A stretch of DNA of 64,000 bases from Syntrophorhabdaceae bacterium (GTDB lineage: Bacteria; Desulfobacterota; Syntrophorhabdia; Syntrophorhabdales; Syntrophorhabdaceae): positions 4,736,001 to 4,800,000 of the forward strand of contig OY762209.1 of NCBI GenBank assembly GCA_963665295.1. The letters are read 5' to 3'. Within the stretch, counting starts at the first letter, position 1. The number at the start of each line of letters is the position of its first letter. The notes beneath the pieces are model-generated. The model was not told the origin of the DNA. It saw nothing but the letters and a program-made list of their open reading frames with translations, and did no database searches. A program made the translations under genes and the position numbers. Positions 62,304 through 64,000 of this stretch are shown in pieces.

Positions 62304-63617
62304 CTAGACAGCCTGTCCGAAAAGCAGAACGGACTGTATGTATTTTTGTAAGGCCTCCACCGCTCTCATAGCTTTCCTCAGTCTTTCCTGTTCCTGGGGG
62401 CCGAGCATGTCGGGCCTTAAATAACTCAGGTCCATATGGTTTTCCACGTCCTTGCTGTTCATCTGGTTCATTATCCGGAATTTGACAAAAACGAGATAGG
62501 CTTCCGTCAAATCGGTTTCCATCTCCCTCTTTATGACGTTCATGGCCCGGAGTTCCCGTATGCGCCTCAGCGTATTGGGTTCAAGGACGCCGTTCGACAG
62601 GGCGAGCATCCTCACCGCGAGAATAAGGGGCGCCCATCCATGCAGCTTGAGGTTGAGCATATCTTTATGGACACCGTTCTTTTCGACCTTGAAGTTTCCG
62701 AAAAAACTGAGCGCCGTAGGCATGAGGACCGCCGCCTGGATGAAATCCTTCATTACGTTCTTATTCTCTGTGAGAAACCGGAAAAATCCCGTGAGAAGCT
62801 CGTCGAGCATCTTCCGGTCGCCTGCCACACACCGGGCATCAGTGAGGATCACCACATCCAGGGGCTCGAAAATGCCCCTCTCAAAGGTAAGCCTCTCTTC
62901 CAACCTCTCCTTCCAGTCTGTAAGGGAACCCCTCCATTTCTGGTTGGAGGGCATCACGTTTCCCGTACACTTCGGAAATCCCACTTCATCGAGACGTTCC
63001 ACGACCTTTTCCGAAAAAATCTTGAAATAATATTCGATTACGTGTTTCGACGAGATCTTTTCAAATCCGTCCTCGACGCCCTTGCCTTTGTAATGTTCAT
63101 AACACTGGTCCACAAGATATTCGGTGAACGAACCCTTTCCCTCCCCCTCCCCGAAAATGATCATGTTGTCCTGGTCCGTAACCATCGTCTGCTCGTCTCT
63201 GCCCTCGCTCCCCAACCCGATCCACACATACCCGACCGGGGGATAGCCGAAGGCGTCCCGCTCCATTTCCTCCTCTACAAGCCTGAGGACCCTGACGGTT
63301 ATACTGTCTCTCGCGGTACGGAGCAGGTCGTGGACATCGACAGTGCTGTCTTCTTCGAGGAAGTAGGCTTCCACGTCCGCTCTGACCTTATCATGCAGGT
63401 CATGCAATTCACCAAAATCAGCAGCTTTCTCTATTTCGCCCTTCACGAGGGACGTAAATGCCGCCTCAAACGCCTCGTATTGCCCGAAGGAATCCGAAAG
63501 CCGGTCAAAAAGTCCGCCAAGGATCCTGCGCCTCTCATGACGAAGGAGTGCCCTGTTTTTCATGGCCTCGCTGTTCTCTTTGAGAAACGAGTCTATGATG
63601 GCGAAATCAAGAGGCAT
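62304..63617 (-). CDS. DUF294/DUF294_C nucleotidyltransferase-like protein
   Basis: GLGSEGRDEQTMVTDQDN, GFPKCTGNVMPSN..W, DAR, NLKLHG..R.LAL..NTLRRI; TAATG overlap with valS. Confidence 0.88.
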   Translation of the reverse strand: MPLDFAIIDSFLKENSEAMKNRALLRHERRRILGGLFDRLSDSFGQYEAFEAAFTSLVKGEIEKAADFGELHDLHDKVRADVEAYFLEEDSTVDVHDLLRTARDSITVRVLRLVEEEMERDAFGYPPVGYVWIGLGSEGRDEQTMVTDQDNMIIFGEGEGKGSFTEYLVDQCYEHYKGKGVEDGFEKISSKHVIEYYFKIFSEKVVERLDEVGFPKCTGNVMPSNQKWRGSLTDWKERLEERLTFERGIFEPLDVVILTDARCVAGDRKMLDELLTGFFRFLTENKNVMKDFIQAAVLMPTALSFFGNFKVEKNGVHKDMLNLKLHGWAPLILAVRMLALSNGVLEPNTLRRIRELRAMNVIKREMETDLTEAYLVFVKFRIMNQMNSKDVENHMDLSYLRPDMLGPQEQERLRKAMRAVEALQKYIQSVLLFGQAV

Positions 63618-64000
63618 TAATCTTCTGCCAACCCTTCCAGCACCTTCTTGCTCACCATAAGTTTTTCCTTTTTGGCCTCAAGGCTCCGGTACTGAATCTC
63701 ATTCTTCGCGATTACCTCCTCGGGCGCTTTTGCCCTGAAGGCCTGGTTATTCAGCTTGTTCTGTATCTTCTGCATATCGTCTTCGGCCTTTGCCAGTTCT
63801 TTTCCGATCCTGGCCAGTTCCTTGGAAACATCGATCACCCCTTTCAGGGGTACAAATACCTCGACTCCTTTGTAGATGCCGATGGCTGCCTGACCAGGCT
63901 GGTCGGCGTCGGTGAAGCTCAGGTTTTCGATCTTTGCAAGCTCCTTTACGTAATACCCGTATTCTTCAAACAAGGGCCTGAACTCGTGGGCCTTTATTAT
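63617..64000 (-). CDS. valS: Valine--tRNA ligase, C-terminal coiled-coil arm (5'-truncated by the window edge)
   Basis: VPLKGVIDVSKELARIGKE..KLNNQAFRAKAPEEVI; frame open to base 64000. Confidence 0.9.
   Translation of the reverse strand: MIKAHEFRPLFEEYGYYVKELAKIENLSFTDADQPGQAAIGIYKGVEVFVPLKGVIDVSKELARIGKELAKAEDDMQKIQNKLNNQAFRAKAPEEVIAKNEIQYRSLEAKKEKLMVSKKVLEGLAED

Overview
This 64 kb window is GC-rich chromosome from a Gram-negative (LPS/Kdo, Lol, Lpt) anaerobe. Gene content and order suggest a deltaproteobacterial/Desulfobacterota, Syntrophorhabdus-like organism; that assignment is inference only. The right two-thirds is mostly housekeeping: a vor-type 2-oxoacid:ferredoxin oxidoreductase operon with an ACT gene, rimO-lysS-lolC/E-lolD, htpX-rsmB-PASTA-rpe, aminotransferase-hom-apgM-pyrG-kdsA-kdsD-lptC/A-lptB-rpoN, tRNA-Gly/tRNA-Cys, TRAP dctQM and valS-DUF294-CBS-gatC-gatA-udg. 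The left third is a patchwork of accessory genes. I saw no transposase, integrase, CRISPR array or rRNA. Items not in the ORF track or not explained by standard annotation: (1) a large minus-strand FHA-domain gene running off the left edge, downstream of an FhaA-like gene, suggesting a truncated pThr-signalling locus; (2) an unannotated 35-aa His-bearing membrane peptide coupled to a His/Asp-bearing ~4-TM protein behind a structured leader; (3) three sigma28-like promoters in front of a FliX-like gene, a small secreted protein and an HDOD gene; (4) an 8-codon leader ORF coupled to a dctP-less TRAP operon; (5) two genes that appear to need non-canonical start codons; (6) a natural LptC-LptA fusion, a FabZ-like protein lacking its catalytic Glu, and a secreted protein with ten PQGQH(M)Q repeats. 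All calls come from motif reading; no database searches were run.
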